A stretch of 64,000 nt of DNA from a virus (lineage: Duplodnaviria > Caudoviricetes): IMG/VR virus record IMGVR_UViG_3300014031_000001, positions 32,001 through 96,000 of that record; one strand, 5' to 3'. The translations under genes were made by a program, and so were the position numbers. This document shows, one piece after another, positions 44,355 to 53,797 of this stretch. The notes beneath the pieces were generated by a model. The model did no database searches, was not told where the DNA came from, and saw only the letters and a list, made by a program, of their open reading frames with translations. Position 1 is the first letter of the stretch. Each line of letters begins with the position of its first letter.

Positions 44355-47300
44355 CTAGTACATCGGCCCGCCCTCGATCTGGGTGTAGCGCCGCGACTTG
44401 CCGTGGAAGATGTCGGCCGCGAGCTTGCAAAAGAGCAAGCTGTGGAAAAAGTCATCAGGGTCCGAGGGCCGGTGGTCAAATTTAATCTCCCGGCGGAACT
44501 CGTTGTACTCCGTGTAGATCGACAAAATGTCCTTGGCATACGGCTCGAACTCTGCCCACTTCGGAAAACCGACGTGGCCGTTTTTCATGTCGTAGAAGAG
44601 CTCCGACATGAAAAGGTTGCGGTGCAAGTGGTAGCGCGTGCCGAGCGCGTCCCACTTGATGCGGTTTTTCAGCTTGTGCAGATACTGAAACTGCATGACG
44701 CGCTTCGGACCAAGCTTGCGCACGAGCACGTTGTTGAGGCCCCAGCCGTGGCCGTAGTCGACCCCGAGCACACGCACGCCTAGTCCGGCCGAGATGCGGC
44801 AGATGTCGTTGACGACGTGCTCGGGGTCAACCTCGCGGCCGACGTACTTCTTCACGAGCACGGTGCGAAACTTCCGCTGCGTCTCGTAGTAGCCGAGCGT
44901 GAGCACCGTGTAGGAGGCGTTACGGATCTTGCCGCTCGGGCTCTTCTCTGAGCCGTCGTTGCCCTCGCCCCAGTCGACGCCCCCGATCAGCACGCGGCTG
45001 CGCGCGTCGGCCAGATAAGGCGTCAGGTTGTTGGGGTCCCAGAGGGCGTAGTCGCCGCAGATCCCCATCAGCGCCGCTCGGCTAATCGGCTTTGACGCGG
45101 CGTCGTAGGAAAGCCCAAGCACCTCATTGGCGAACTGCCCGAAGGGGTAGTGGTCTCTCTTCCAAAGCAGCCGCGACCACTGCGACATGGTCGAGATGAT
45201 CCAGGGCACCATGAGCTGCGGGATGCGGTAGCCGGCGATGGCCTTGCCGCCCGACAGCGACATCCACTGGCCTTTCGTCACGTCAAGCGGGCGCACGCAC
45301 TTGGAGCAGACGGGGCCGGGCGGCAGGCGCCCCGACTCGTACCACTGCGTCGGCCCGATCGTCGTCTCGTCGAGCATGTTCCAGTGGCCGCAGCCGCATG
45401 GGACGAGCCACTCGTTTTGCGTCGAGCTCTGCCAGTAGATCTCGATCGGGTTGTCGAGGCTCTTTGGCGTCCCCGCCATGATCTCGATGGCGTCAGGAAA
45501 GTGCGACGTGCACTCGCGGATGACCGGGATCTCCGAGATGAGCATGTCCTGGAACTCGTCGAGCGCCAGCACGCGCGCCGAGATCCCGCGCGCTCTGTCG
45601 GCGCTGCGAAAGGCCGAACGCAGGAAGATGAAGGCGCCGTTGGTGAAGCCCTTCTCGAAGACCTGGTTACTGACGCCGGAGTCCTGCAGGTACTTCATGA
45701 TCAGCGGCGACTTCTCGATCGCCGGCTTCAGCTTCTCGGACGAAAACTGCCGCGTCTGCGTGTGCGACGGCGACACGTAGAGGCACTTGTTGAAGGGCTT
45801 GACGGCGCTGATGGCGACGAGGTTGTTTGCGAGGAATGTTGTGTTGTGGTTGAGGATGAAGTCCGCGACAAAGGTCTCGGTCTCGGTCTGGATGCCCCAG
45901 GTGGGCTGCATGCCGAGGTCTTCGATGGTGACTATCTCGTCCCAGATGACGTCGGACTCAAGAATCGCCGCCAACGCGCCGCTCTCAAGCTCGACGTTCA
46001 TCGCTGCGACTTTTTCATAGGTCGGGCAGTAGCTGCGGTTCACCCGCAATCCGGCCGACTGAAAGCCGTTGCGCTGCCAGTAAGTGCCGCGATCTTTTCT
46101 GGCCTGCAGAATGAACTCGTGGATTTCTTTTGGGAGGGTGTCGAGGTTGCTGTTGGCACGGCACGTCGACAGGGTGAAGGGCTTACCTGGAATAGGACCG
46201 AGCTCGCGGTGGAAACACGCAACAGCACGCCGCGTGATGACGCGAATATTGTAGGCGAGGCGGCCGCCGTTGCTTAGTTTGTTTTCGCGCTGGACCGTGA
46301 CCACCCCAAACTTGCGCAAGAGGAGCCGCACCTGCCGCGCCAGCACCGGGCTCGTCGTGCAGTAGACGAGGTCTACTTTGGAGCTCGAAACATTTTTGCA
46401 GTGGCCGTCGGTGGCCCATAGGCCACGAAGAAGATCCCGCGTCGTCTCTTTGTCCCAACCAAAGACCTCGGCCGGGAGGTGCTTCTCGCGGGCGCAGGTG
46501 TTGGCGATGCCGCGGTCGCGAAACCAGACGGCAAGTGGCCCCTTTAGGCTAAACGCGTAGCGCTTCGTGCCCGACCGCTCGTCGATCCAGGTGCGCGAGG
46601 GGCGGTCACCGGCGAGCTCGAGCAGACGGTCGGCCCAGGCGTTGACCTCGTCGCCCTTTTGCGTGAACCCGAAACTACTGCCGCCCGCCTTGTGCCGGTA
46701 GTAGTGGCCATCGCCCACCAGCAGCCCGAGAAGGGCCGCCCAGGAGAGGCGCGCCGTGCCGAAGGTCCCGACCGTGCGCAGGGCGGCGACGCGGTCTCCA
46801 GGCACCAGCCTGCCCGCCTCAACCCAGCCATCAAAGCGACGCAGTGGGTGATTGAGGGTCACCTCGAGCGTCGACCCAAGCCGCGTCCTTAGGCGCACGC
46901 ATCGCCGCGGCCCGTTGTCCTCGGAGGCGACGACGGTGTCGACCGCCTGGTGGCCGGCCGCATCGATGGCGATGACAGTGTCGCCGACGGTCATCTGGTC
47001 GATGGGCTTTTCGGAGCCATCCGACAAGGTGCACTGGCTAGACGCGACTAAACATTTTTCGACCTGCCTGGCCGTCTTCAAGAGGATGCGCTGATCGGAG
47101 CGGTCGTAGATCGGCTCGAGGTAGCGGCGCCCCGTGAAGTCGAACTTCTTGCCGTCGAGATGGATCAGGTTGTGGACGAAGGCCGACTTGCGCGCGCGGA
47201 TCAGTTTGCGCACCGTGCCGTCGTCGTTGAAGAGCTCGTTGATGCGGGCGGCGTGAAGAGCCGACGGCAGCTGCAGATCCTTCTCGTCGGTGTAGTCGTC

Positions 47301-47384
47301 GGCGTCGCGACCCTCGAGCTCGGCGAGCTCGTCGGGATCTAAATGGTCAGTGATGACCATGCTGTTCACATTAGAGTCAGTCAA
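44355..47384 (-). CDS. Terminase large subunit, intein-containing
   Basis: KTARQVEK|TT Walker A, RARGISARVLALDE Walker B, GTPKS, GVDWG nuclease motif, PDDFFHS. Confidence 0.88.
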   Translation of the reverse strand: MTDSNVNSMVITDHLDPDELAELEGRDADDYTDEKDLQLPSALHAARINELFNDDGTVRKLIRARKSAFVHNLIHLDGKKFDFTGRRYLEPIYDRSDQRILLKTARQVEKCLVASSQCTLSDGSEKPIDQMTVGDTVIAIDAAGHQAVDTVVASEDNGPRRCVRLRTRLGSTLEVTLNHPLRRFDGWVEAGRLVPGDRVAALRTVGTFGTARLSWAALLGLLVGDGHYYRHKAGGSSFGFTQKGDEVNAWADRLLELAGDRPSRTWIDERSGTKRYAFSLKGPLAVWFRDRGIANTCAREKHLPAEVFGWDKETTRDLLRGLWATDGHCKNVSSSKVDLVYCTTSPVLARQVRLLLRKFGVVTVQRENKLSNGGRLAYNIRVITRRAVACFHRELGPIPGKPFTLSTCRANSNLDTLPKEIHEFILQARKDRGTYWQRNGFQSAGLRVNRSYCPTYEKVAAMNVELESGALAAILESDVIWDEIVTIEDLGMQPTWGIQTETETFVADFILNHNTTFLANNLVAISAVKPFNKCLYVSPSHTQTRQFSSEKLKPAIEKSPLIMKYLQDSGVSNQVFEKGFTNGAFIFLRSAFRSADRARGISARVLALDEFQDMLISEIPVIRECTSHFPDAIEIMAGTPKSLDNPIEIYWQSSTQNEWLVPCGCGHWNMLDETTIGPTQWYESGRLPPGPVCSKCVRPLDVTKGQWMSLSGGKAIAGYRIPQLMVPWIISTMSQWSRLLWKRDHYPFGQFANEVLGLSYDAASKPISRAALMGICGDYALWDPNNLTPYLADARSRVLIGGVDWGEGNDGSEKSPSGKIRNASYTVLTLGYYETQRKFRTVLVKKYVGREVDPEHVVNDICRISAGLGVRVLGVDYGHGWGLNNVLVRKLGPKRVMQFQYLHKLKNRIKWDALGTRYHLHRNLFMSELFYDMKNGHVGFPKWAEFEPYAKDILSIYTEYNEFRREIKFDHRPSDPDDFFHSLLFCKLAADIFHGKSRRYTQIEGGPMY
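45843..47054 (-). mobile_element. Intein with LAGLIDADG endonuclease in the terminase Walker A (404 aa)
   Basis: Starts CLVASSQ; TLNHP block B; LLGLLVGDG and LLRGLWATDG; ends ILNHN|T. Confidence 0.92.
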
Positions 47385-47388
47385 GGTT

Positions 47389-47863
47389 TGTCACCACTTC
47401 GACTGGTGACAAACGCAGGCGCGCAACATGGCAACACTGCTGACTTAATCAAGAAGTATACAGGGGCTGTCACCAAGAGGCGGTTTCGACCGGTGACAGC
47501 CAAACCCTTGCAGCCCAAGGGGTTGGCCGATTTGTCACCGATGTCACCGGTATTTTCGCCCGTAAGAGAACTTCCTGGGGATGACATATGTGGGACGAGG
47601 CCCCTATGTGTACGTGTGAGTATCCTGTGTGAAATCCCACGGGAGGTCTTATCCTGTATATACGTGGTGACACCGGTGACAAGGATGACAGTCTATATAT
47701 AACCCCTTGTTTTTCTGAGCCTATTTTGGCCAAAATTTGTCACCACTTTTACTTATCCCCAGGTGACAAGCGGTGACAGAAAACTTGTCCACAGACTTAG
47801 AAAGCTTGAAGCGCGGTCACGGCGCCCAGTTCAGAGCGATTGCGGTTAGCTAGGTTTGTCACC
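47389..47863. repeat. Cluster of 12 TGTCACC/GGTGACA heptamers plus DnaA-box-like sites
   Basis: Copies at 47389, 47405, 47468, 47492, 47533, 47542, 47666, 47675, 47738, 47762, 47772 and 47857; TTATCCCCA at 47753, TTGTCCACA at 47785. Confidence 0.85.
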
Positions 47864-47873
47864 AGCAACTAAA

Positions 47874-48833
47874 TTATACAGGCGTCGCAGGGGCGTTTTG
47901 GGGGGTCTCAGGTTCGCCCTCCGGGCTGCCGGAAAAGCCCATCGCGTCCATGTCTTTGTCTTTAGATTTAGCTTCCTTAGCCTTGATCTCGGCCTGCAAT
48001 CTGGCGAGCGTCTCACCGTCGGGTGTTGGGAAGTCCGTATCGACAAATTCGAACTCCATTTGCAGCGCATTGCCAAAATCAGTGCTGTCGCCTGACCGAT
48101 ATTTTTCATACTTATCAGCTAGTTCCACGGTCAGTGTGATGAACCGGCGGGCCTCTTCGTTTGACTCTTTTGTAGACAGCGCGAGGTAGGTTTTCGCCTT
48201 CTGAAAAGTCTTGGACAGCAAGTGCTGCAACATGTCTGAGACGGAGACCTTCGCCGGAAGCTCGAGCTCCGTCTTGACGACGTCGATCCCCTCCGTGAGT
48301 GCCAAGAAGTAGAGATGCTGCTCGTGGGGCTCGAGCCAGGCGAGGTAGTTCTTCCAGTCCCCCCGGCTCATTCTAGCCGGGTTAAAAAAGAAGTTGCGGT
48401 AGAGGGCGACGTGCTCCTCCTTCAGCATCGAGGCAAACCGCGAGCGGATCGAGTTGAGCAGGTCGGCCGGCGGGACGCCCTTGATCAGCAGCGCGTTGAT
48501 CACCAGCCGGATCTGAAGGTCCTGGTGGATGTCGTAGGTGAGCTTCACGACCGGGCGCTTTACCGGGTCGCGAAAGGCCTTCTCGTAGGCCCACAGCGCG
48601 TCGACCTCGAGGACCCGCATCCACTTCATAAAGTCGACGCTGTAGCTCTGGTTTTCGATCTGCGCGAGCACGCCCTTCGGCACGGTCGAGGAGACCTGGC
48701 GGTACTGCACGTCGAAGACCGCCTGGCGGACCTCAGGAAGGTTCAGGTCGGCCAGAGCCGCGTTGACGTCGCGCAGGTCGACCACGTTCTTGGTCGCCAA
48801 AAACCGTAGAAAAAGATCGTACGGTACAGCCAT
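47874..48833 (-). CDS. Helical hypothetical protein upstream of terL (candidate small terminase)
   Basis: Position only; no diagnostic motif. Confidence 0.55.
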   Translation of the reverse strand: MAVPYDLFLRFLATKNVVDLRDVNAALADLNLPEVRQAVFDVQYRQVSSTVPKGVLAQIENQSYSVDFMKWMRVLEVDALWAYEKAFRDPVKRPVVKLTYDIHQDLQIRLVINALLIKGVPPADLLNSIRSRFASMLKEEHVALYRNFFFNPARMSRGDWKNYLAWLEPHEQHLYFLALTEGIDVVKTELELPAKVSVSDMLQHLLSKTFQKAKTYLALSTKESNEEARRFITLTVELADKYEKYRSGDSTDFGNALQMEFEFVDTDFPTPDGETLARLQAEIKAKEAKSKDKDMDAMGFSGSPEGEPETPQNAPATPV

Positions 48834-48842
48834 AAGCCTGCG

Positions 48843-49154
48843 TCACACGTGCGCCTTGCGGAAGAGCTGCTCCAGCAAGGTCTTGTTGCTTCCAACGAGG
48901 CGATCCACTTCACGTCCGTCTTTCAAAAGAAGGACCGTGGGCAGCGAAAACACACTGTGCCGCGAGGGCTTCGCCGGGTCTTTTTCGAGGTTGATGACTT
49001 TTACTTTAACAGACGGGTACTTAAAAGACAGCTGTTTCACGCCGTCGCGCATCCGCGTGCCGGCGTCGTCGGACGTCCAGTAGCAGATGATGACGTGCTT
49101 TTTAAAGGAGACGGGGGCGGCACTTTTGGCGAAGCCGTGCCAGAAGGGCTTCAA
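48843..49154 (-). CDS. Thioredoxin-fold protein lacking CxxC, FWxGF-tagged
   Basis: TTG start overlaps the upstream stop, giving MKPFWHGFAKSA; SVFSLPTVLLLKDGREVDRLVG thioredoxin C-terminal half; WTSDD replaces WCxxC. Confidence 0.75.
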   Translation of the reverse strand: MKPFWHGFAKSAAPVSFKKHVIICYWTSDDAGTRMRDGVKQLSFKYPSVKVKVINLEKDPAKPSRHSVFSLPTVLLLKDGREVDRLVGSNKTLLEQLFRKAHV

Positions 49155-49666
49155 CCTAGGGGCTTCTTTCCCCGACGAGCCCTCCAAAAATCAATCCCGT
49201 CACTCTTCTGTTCGGCAGAAGGTTTGATCCGCGCGCCACTGTTTTCGAGGTGGGCATACATAGCCGTGGCCACGCCCTTTCTGCGAGCTGGTGCGCCCAC
49301 GTCTACAGCGTGTGCTTCGAAAGCATGCGCACTGGGCTTGTAATGGAAGCCCGCCCGCCCGATCTCCGCCCCGTCGCGCGCTCTAGCCCGAATAACCCGT
49401 CCGCCGACGCCGGCCAACTCTTCACGTACGAAGAAATGTCCCGGGGCGCCTTTGAACGCGCGCCTTCCGTTGATTCGGTCGTTTAGGCTGAGCGCCGTAG
49501 ACGAGTCTGGAAGCTTGGCTTTCAGGGAGACCTCTTTCACCATCTTATCGAAGAGGCCGGCTTTGACGTAGTCAGGGTCTGTCTTGCGCAGGAAGCGCTT
49601 CAGCGCGTTTGAGGCCAGCTTCTGCAGCTCGCCGCGCCTTTCAAACCCGGCCCAAAAGCTAGTCAC
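49151..49666 (-). CDS. GNAT acetyltransferase, FWxGF-tagged
   Basis: VDVGAPARRKGVATAMY acetyl-CoA motif and SDGIDFW; leader MTSFWAGFERRGELQKLA. Confidence 0.75.
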   Translation of the reverse strand: MTSFWAGFERRGELQKLASNALKRFLRKTDPDYVKAGLFDKMVKEVSLKAKLPDSSTALSLNDRINGRRAFKGAPGHFFVREELAGVGGRVIRARARDGAEIGRAGFHYKPSAHAFEAHAVDVGAPARRKGVATAMYAHLENSGARIKPSAEQKSDGIDFWRARRGKKPLG

Positions 49667-49677
49667 GCCGGCACCTC

Positions 49678-51672
49678 TTAGTTGATGCCCATCGTCTGCG
49701 TCGCGCGCAGCTTTTCCAGGCCATTCACGACTTCTACGAGCTTCGCCATGGCGCTCGTCGCGGCCTGCTCGGGGATCTCTTGGATGCCCAGGCGACTTGC
49801 GATGAGGCAGCTCGCCATGTGCGAGATGGCGCTTTTGAAGAGCGGAATCTTGCCGACGAACTTCTGGACGTTCTCGGGGTTGACGAAGTTGAGGCTGAGC
49901 AGCGCGTCGACCGTCTGGCTGTCGGCGAAGTAGCTCGCCTCCTTCACCAGGTCGGTGCGCAGCGCGGCCGCCGAGGCCAGCTTCAGGCGCGCCGCGGGGA
50001 TCGCCGCGGCGATCTTCTCGCCCTTGAGCTGCACGTCTTTGAGGCCGTGGATCTCAGCCGAGCCGGCGCGGTGCGCGTGTAGCAGCACCTCGGCGATCTT
50101 CTCCGTGCCGCAGCCGAGCGAGGCGAGGAGAAACTTCACCTGGTAGCGCTCAAGACAGGTGCGGTCCCAGCCGGCCTCGGCGGCGTACTTGTTGACGCCC
50201 CGCATGGCGTACTGGCTGAAGCCCGTTGGGATGAGCGTCACCGGCGTCGTCGTCAGCCGCGCGCCCGCCGTCTTCACGGCGTAGTCCTCGGCCGAGTTGG
50301 TGACCTGGTCGAAGCCCTCGAGGACCTGCCAGCGCATCTTGTGGGGGATGATGTAGCCGCCTTCGACCTGGGCGATGCGGTGCAGCTCCAAGTCGGGGCT
50401 GATCTTCACCGAGAAGCTGGCGCCCAAGGCGTCCACGACTTTCATCTTCACCGTCTTGTCGGTGTCCTGGAGGATCGACTCGATCGTGACCGGCACGGTG
50501 GCGATGGCGTGCGTCTGGTCGGGCTGGAAGACGAAGGTTCCTGTCTGGCCCACCGCCGGCATCGAGCCGCGAATCGCGAAGCGGTGGTTTTTCACCCGCA
50601 CGCCGTAGATCTCGGCTTGGATCGTGCCCATGTTGCCGCAGACGAAGATCTTCAGGTCGACGGGCTTTTGGTTAAACGCGATGACGTGCGGGATGACGAG
50701 CCCTGTGTAGGCCACGCCGTTTTTGTTCTTGACGACGTAGTGGTCAAACTCGTCGCAGCTTTCGGCGACGTCGCGGTCGGGCTTCGCGAGGAAAATGCCG
50801 CCGTCGTCTTTCGGCACAGCCAGCAGCTTTTCACCGTTGCGGTCGACTTCGTTGATGTCGTCATTGACGTGGTCAGACACCGTCGAGAGAAAGTGGACGG
50901 CTTCCTGGCGCTTCATGGGCGAGAGGGCCGGCGAGAAGACGTTGTCGGCGTTTTGGAGAAGCGTGTATTTGTTGGGGCCGTCAAAGCGCAGCATCGAGAT
51001 GTTGCGCGGGATCAAGGCGTCAGCCGAGCGACGAAACTCGTTCATGTTGACGGGCTGCAGGTTGGCGATCTTCTTGATGGCCTCGGCGTGGCCGTGCTTG
51101 TGAAAGCGCATGGCCGAGCTCGCGTCCTTTACGAGCTGGGCCTTGAACGCCGTGGCGTCGACCGACTCGCAGATCAAGTCCATCATGGGCCAGCTGGCCG
51201 ACGCGTAGGCGTAGCGGCCCATGCTCGGCGGGTAGATGGCGCTCCACAGGTTACTGTCTTCAAAGCGCGCGAGCCCACCGAAGCTTGGGAAGTCTTCAGT
51301 CTTGTCGAACACCTGGTTGGTCGAGAAGACCGACATAAAGTAGTCGGGCGTCAGCGGCAGGATCTTCTTCTCGGTGATCATGACGTCCAAGGGGTACATC
51401 ATGAAATCCTTGATGATCACCGGGATGACGGCACTCTTGTCGGTCGAGTTGAGGACGATCGAGCCGGTGGCAGCGCCGTTCTCCGCGTCTTTCTTCATAA
51501 ACTTGATCATCATGTTCAAGTTAGCGGCCACGGGCACGCGCTCTTTGAGCTTCTGCGTGATCTCTTCGGGCCAGCTATCGACGTCGCTGGAAAGCTGGTG
51601 CAGCGAAACGTCCTGCATCTCCGGCGTGTCGATAAAGAGATTCGTAGGAATCGATGCCAGCTTTTGCGTCAT
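49678..51672 (-). CDS. Large putative virion structural protein
   Basis: 664 aa in the late block; QKLA, KKIA, VKTA, EKIA, VKEA. Confidence 0.65.
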   Translation of the reverse strand: MTQKLASIPTNLFIDTPEMQDVSLHQLSSDVDSWPEEITQKLKERVPVAANLNMMIKFMKKDAENGAATGSIVLNSTDKSAVIPVIIKDFMMYPLDVMITEKKILPLTPDYFMSVFSTNQVFDKTEDFPSFGGLARFEDSNLWSAIYPPSMGRYAYASASWPMMDLICESVDATAFKAQLVKDASSAMRFHKHGHAEAIKKIANLQPVNMNEFRRSADALIPRNISMLRFDGPNKYTLLQNADNVFSPALSPMKRQEAVHFLSTVSDHVNDDINEVDRNGEKLLAVPKDDGGIFLAKPDRDVAESCDEFDHYVVKNKNGVAYTGLVIPHVIAFNQKPVDLKIFVCGNMGTIQAEIYGVRVKNHRFAIRGSMPAVGQTGTFVFQPDQTHAIATVPVTIESILQDTDKTVKMKVVDALGASFSVKISPDLELHRIAQVEGGYIIPHKMRWQVLEGFDQVTNSAEDYAVKTAGARLTTTPVTLIPTGFSQYAMRGVNKYAAEAGWDRTCLERYQVKFLLASLGCGTEKIAEVLLHAHRAGSAEIHGLKDVQLKGEKIAAAIPAARLKLASAAALRTDLVKEASYFADSQTVDALLSLNFVNPENVQKFVGKIPLFKSAISHMASCLIASRLGIQEIPEQAATSAMAKLVEVVNGLEKLRATQTMGIN

Positions 51673-51826
51673 TGCAGCTTCTCCAGATTTACCTACGATG
51701 TTAGCGCACTAAGCTACGCGTCGCCAGCTCAACACACGGGGGCAGAGTTGATTGCGTTTGGGGTCTGCCGCGGCGCGGAGTAAAATGGTTGGTTTTGTAC
51801 GAGCATTCTAACACCGATTGGGGCCT

Positions 51827-52462
51827 CTACGAGAGCTTTCCACCGGTTGCGACCCCTGAGGCAAGCGGGCCGCCGCCGGGTGGGCAGGTGCCCTTGACGT
51901 CGCCCGGCAGGTAGGTTGCCTCGCAAGCATCTGTGATGTGCTTCACGATCGCGCCACATTCGGCTTTGAGGGTAGCACTTACGCCCCCGCGCGAAGCACC
52001 GATCAGCGCGGCCAGCGCGTCGCCGTCGAGGCCCAACACCTGACCTTGTTTGCCCTGCGCCGCGGCAAGCGGCCCGGGCGAGCTGGACGAGCTCGTGGCA
52101 GACCCGGTGATCTTGCCAGGGGGGAACAAGACCTGGGCCGTGAGCATGTGTTTTACGAAGGCGGCGGCGTAGTCTTTCGTCTCTTTCGTCACGGACGGTG
52201 CGACGCCGTTGGCGACAAAACGGCCCGCCAGACTTGCCGCGACAAGCCCCGTCACCGTGCCGTTGGCGGCGGCGCCGGCGGCCAGCGGCGACCCGGCTGC
52301 CGTCGTTCCAGTGACGAGCGCGTGGGCGACCTTGCCGCCTTCTTTGATCTCGTCGACGATCGACTTCGTCAGGCCCTTAGCCTGCGGGGAGATCGCCGTG
52401 CTCGCCGGCTGACCGAGGGCCTTGTGGACGGCCTTCGCCATGTCGTCGGCCGACATCGCCAT
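51827..52462 (-). CDS. Baseplate/spike-associated protein with three internal repeats
   Basis: GSPLAAGAAANG / PGPLAAAQGKQG / GGPLASGVATGG; follows the spike gene. Confidence 0.5.
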   Translation of the reverse strand: MAMSADDMAKAVHKALGQPASTAISPQAKGLTKSIVDEIKEGGKVAHALVTGTTAAGSPLAAGAAANGTVTGLVAASLAGRFVANGVAPSVTKETKDYAAAFVKHMLTAQVLFPPGKITGSATSSSSSPGPLAAAQGKQGQVLGLDGDALAALIGASRGGVSATLKAECGAIVKHITDACEATYLPGDVKGTCPPGGGPLASGVATGGKLS

Positions 52463-53703
52463 TAGATTTTCCCTAGCGTGGCTTGGACGAGAACGATCAG
52501 CTGCTGCACGGTGAGCTGAGCATCGATGTAGGCCGACGGGTCGATCGGCGGGCTCGTCGGGTAGCCCATGTTGCCCATGTGGGTCATGGCCTGGATCGCC
52601 GTGAGCACGCCGTCAAACTTCTGGAGGAGCTTTAGGAGCGTGTCGACCAGGCCGCCGGCGGGTCCGCCAACTTCGACCTGGCCGGCGCCGATCACGATCT
52701 TGGCGGTCGTCGCGTCCAAGGTGATCTTGCCCTCGGGGGTCTGCGAGATGGTCGTCGACTGGTTGAAGCTCTTGACGTTGCCGTCGACGCCGGCGGTGAT
52801 CTCGACCAGCGGGTTCTTGAAGGAAAAGTTCCCGAGCGCGTCGACCGCGACCGTGGCCCCCTGGTTTTCGAAGGTGAAGTCCCCGAGCGGCGACACGGTA
52901 AAGCTCGCCGTGGGGGTTGTGACGCTCGCGGCGCCCGTCGGTAGGACCTCGGTCACCACCTGGAAGCCGGCGAGGCCGACGGTCGCCGTGTGGCTGCCGT
53001 CGAGGTCGATCTCCTCAAGATAGGTCGCAATCGGCACCGTGAAGGGCGGAGCTCCGATGGAGGCGCCAACCTCGCGCCTAAAGACCGTTGTGCCCTCGAC
53101 AGCGCCCTTTTGGTCGACCAAGGCCCCGGTCTTCAGGATGTCGGTGCGGAACTCGCCCCGCCAGAGCGTTGCCCCGTCGGTGTCTTCCCAGGTGAGAAGG
53201 CCCCCGTCAGTCTGCATCGAGTAGTTGCGGCAGAGGTCACGGATCGAGCTTGTCGTCGGAAAGTAGACGCGCTTTAGGGTCTCGCTCGAGAAGACCTCGA
53301 TGAGGCCATTGCTTTTGATGACGACGCGGTTGCCGCCGGCCGTGCGCAGGATCTTGTCGCCTTCGCGCAGGACGACCGGGTCGTTGTCGCCGATCGTCTT
53401 ACCTAACTTCGGGATCGGCCGGAAGGCACCAAGGACGAAGCCCTCGCCGTCGATGATGGCGAGGACGACAAAGGAGCCGACGCGCGGGATCGCTGTCGAC
53501 TCGTCGCCGTCGATGTGGAAGTCTGCGGCAAGCCACTGACAGCCGGCCATGTGTTGGTCGTCCATCTCCTTGCGGGGACTGAAAGTCTTCACGTCACACA
53601 GACGTTCGTTCGGGTCGACGCGCACGATGCGGCCGAACGTCAGCAGAAAATTGCGGTCCATACGCCGCGGATGCCGCCCCTCGAAGAGGCTGTAGTCGCC
53701 CAT
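52462..53703 (-). CDS. Baseplate central spike (gpV/gp5-like)
   Basis: N-terminal OB fold GRIVRVD...PRVGSFVVL; beta-helix repeats; C-terminal THMGNMGYPTSPP. Confidence 0.7.
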   Translation of the reverse strand: MGDYSLFEGRHPRRMDRNFLLTFGRIVRVDPNERLCDVKTFSPRKEMDDQHMAGCQWLAADFHIDGDESTAIPRVGSFVVLAIIDGEGFVLGAFRPIPKLGKTIGDNDPVVLREGDKILRTAGGNRVVIKSNGLIEVFSSETLKRVYFPTTSSIRDLCRNYSMQTDGGLLTWEDTDGATLWRGEFRTDILKTGALVDQKGAVEGTTVFRREVGASIGAPPFTVPIATYLEEIDLDGSHTATVGLAGFQVVTEVLPTGAASVTTPTASFTVSPLGDFTFENQGATVAVDALGNFSFKNPLVEITAGVDGNVKSFNQSTTISQTPEGKITLDATTAKIVIGAGQVEVGGPAGGLVDTLLKLLQKFDGVLTAIQAMTHMGNMGYPTSPPIDPSAYIDAQLTVQQLIVLVQATLGKI

Positions 53704-53797
53704 TTATGCTGCTCCGAATTATACGGAAAGAGTAGCAAAGGGACGGTATAAGCACAATGAAAGCCCTTTAGTAACAGCCACTTTTGGAGGACAGCAG

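Noticed and set aside
47389-47863. Heptamer cluster as a CRISPR array
   Set aside because: Repeats are 7 bp, in both orientations and irregularly spaced, and there are no cas genes.
49678-51672. 664-aa protein as the portal
   Set aside because: Size and position fit, but I recognise no portal motif, so it is left unassigned.
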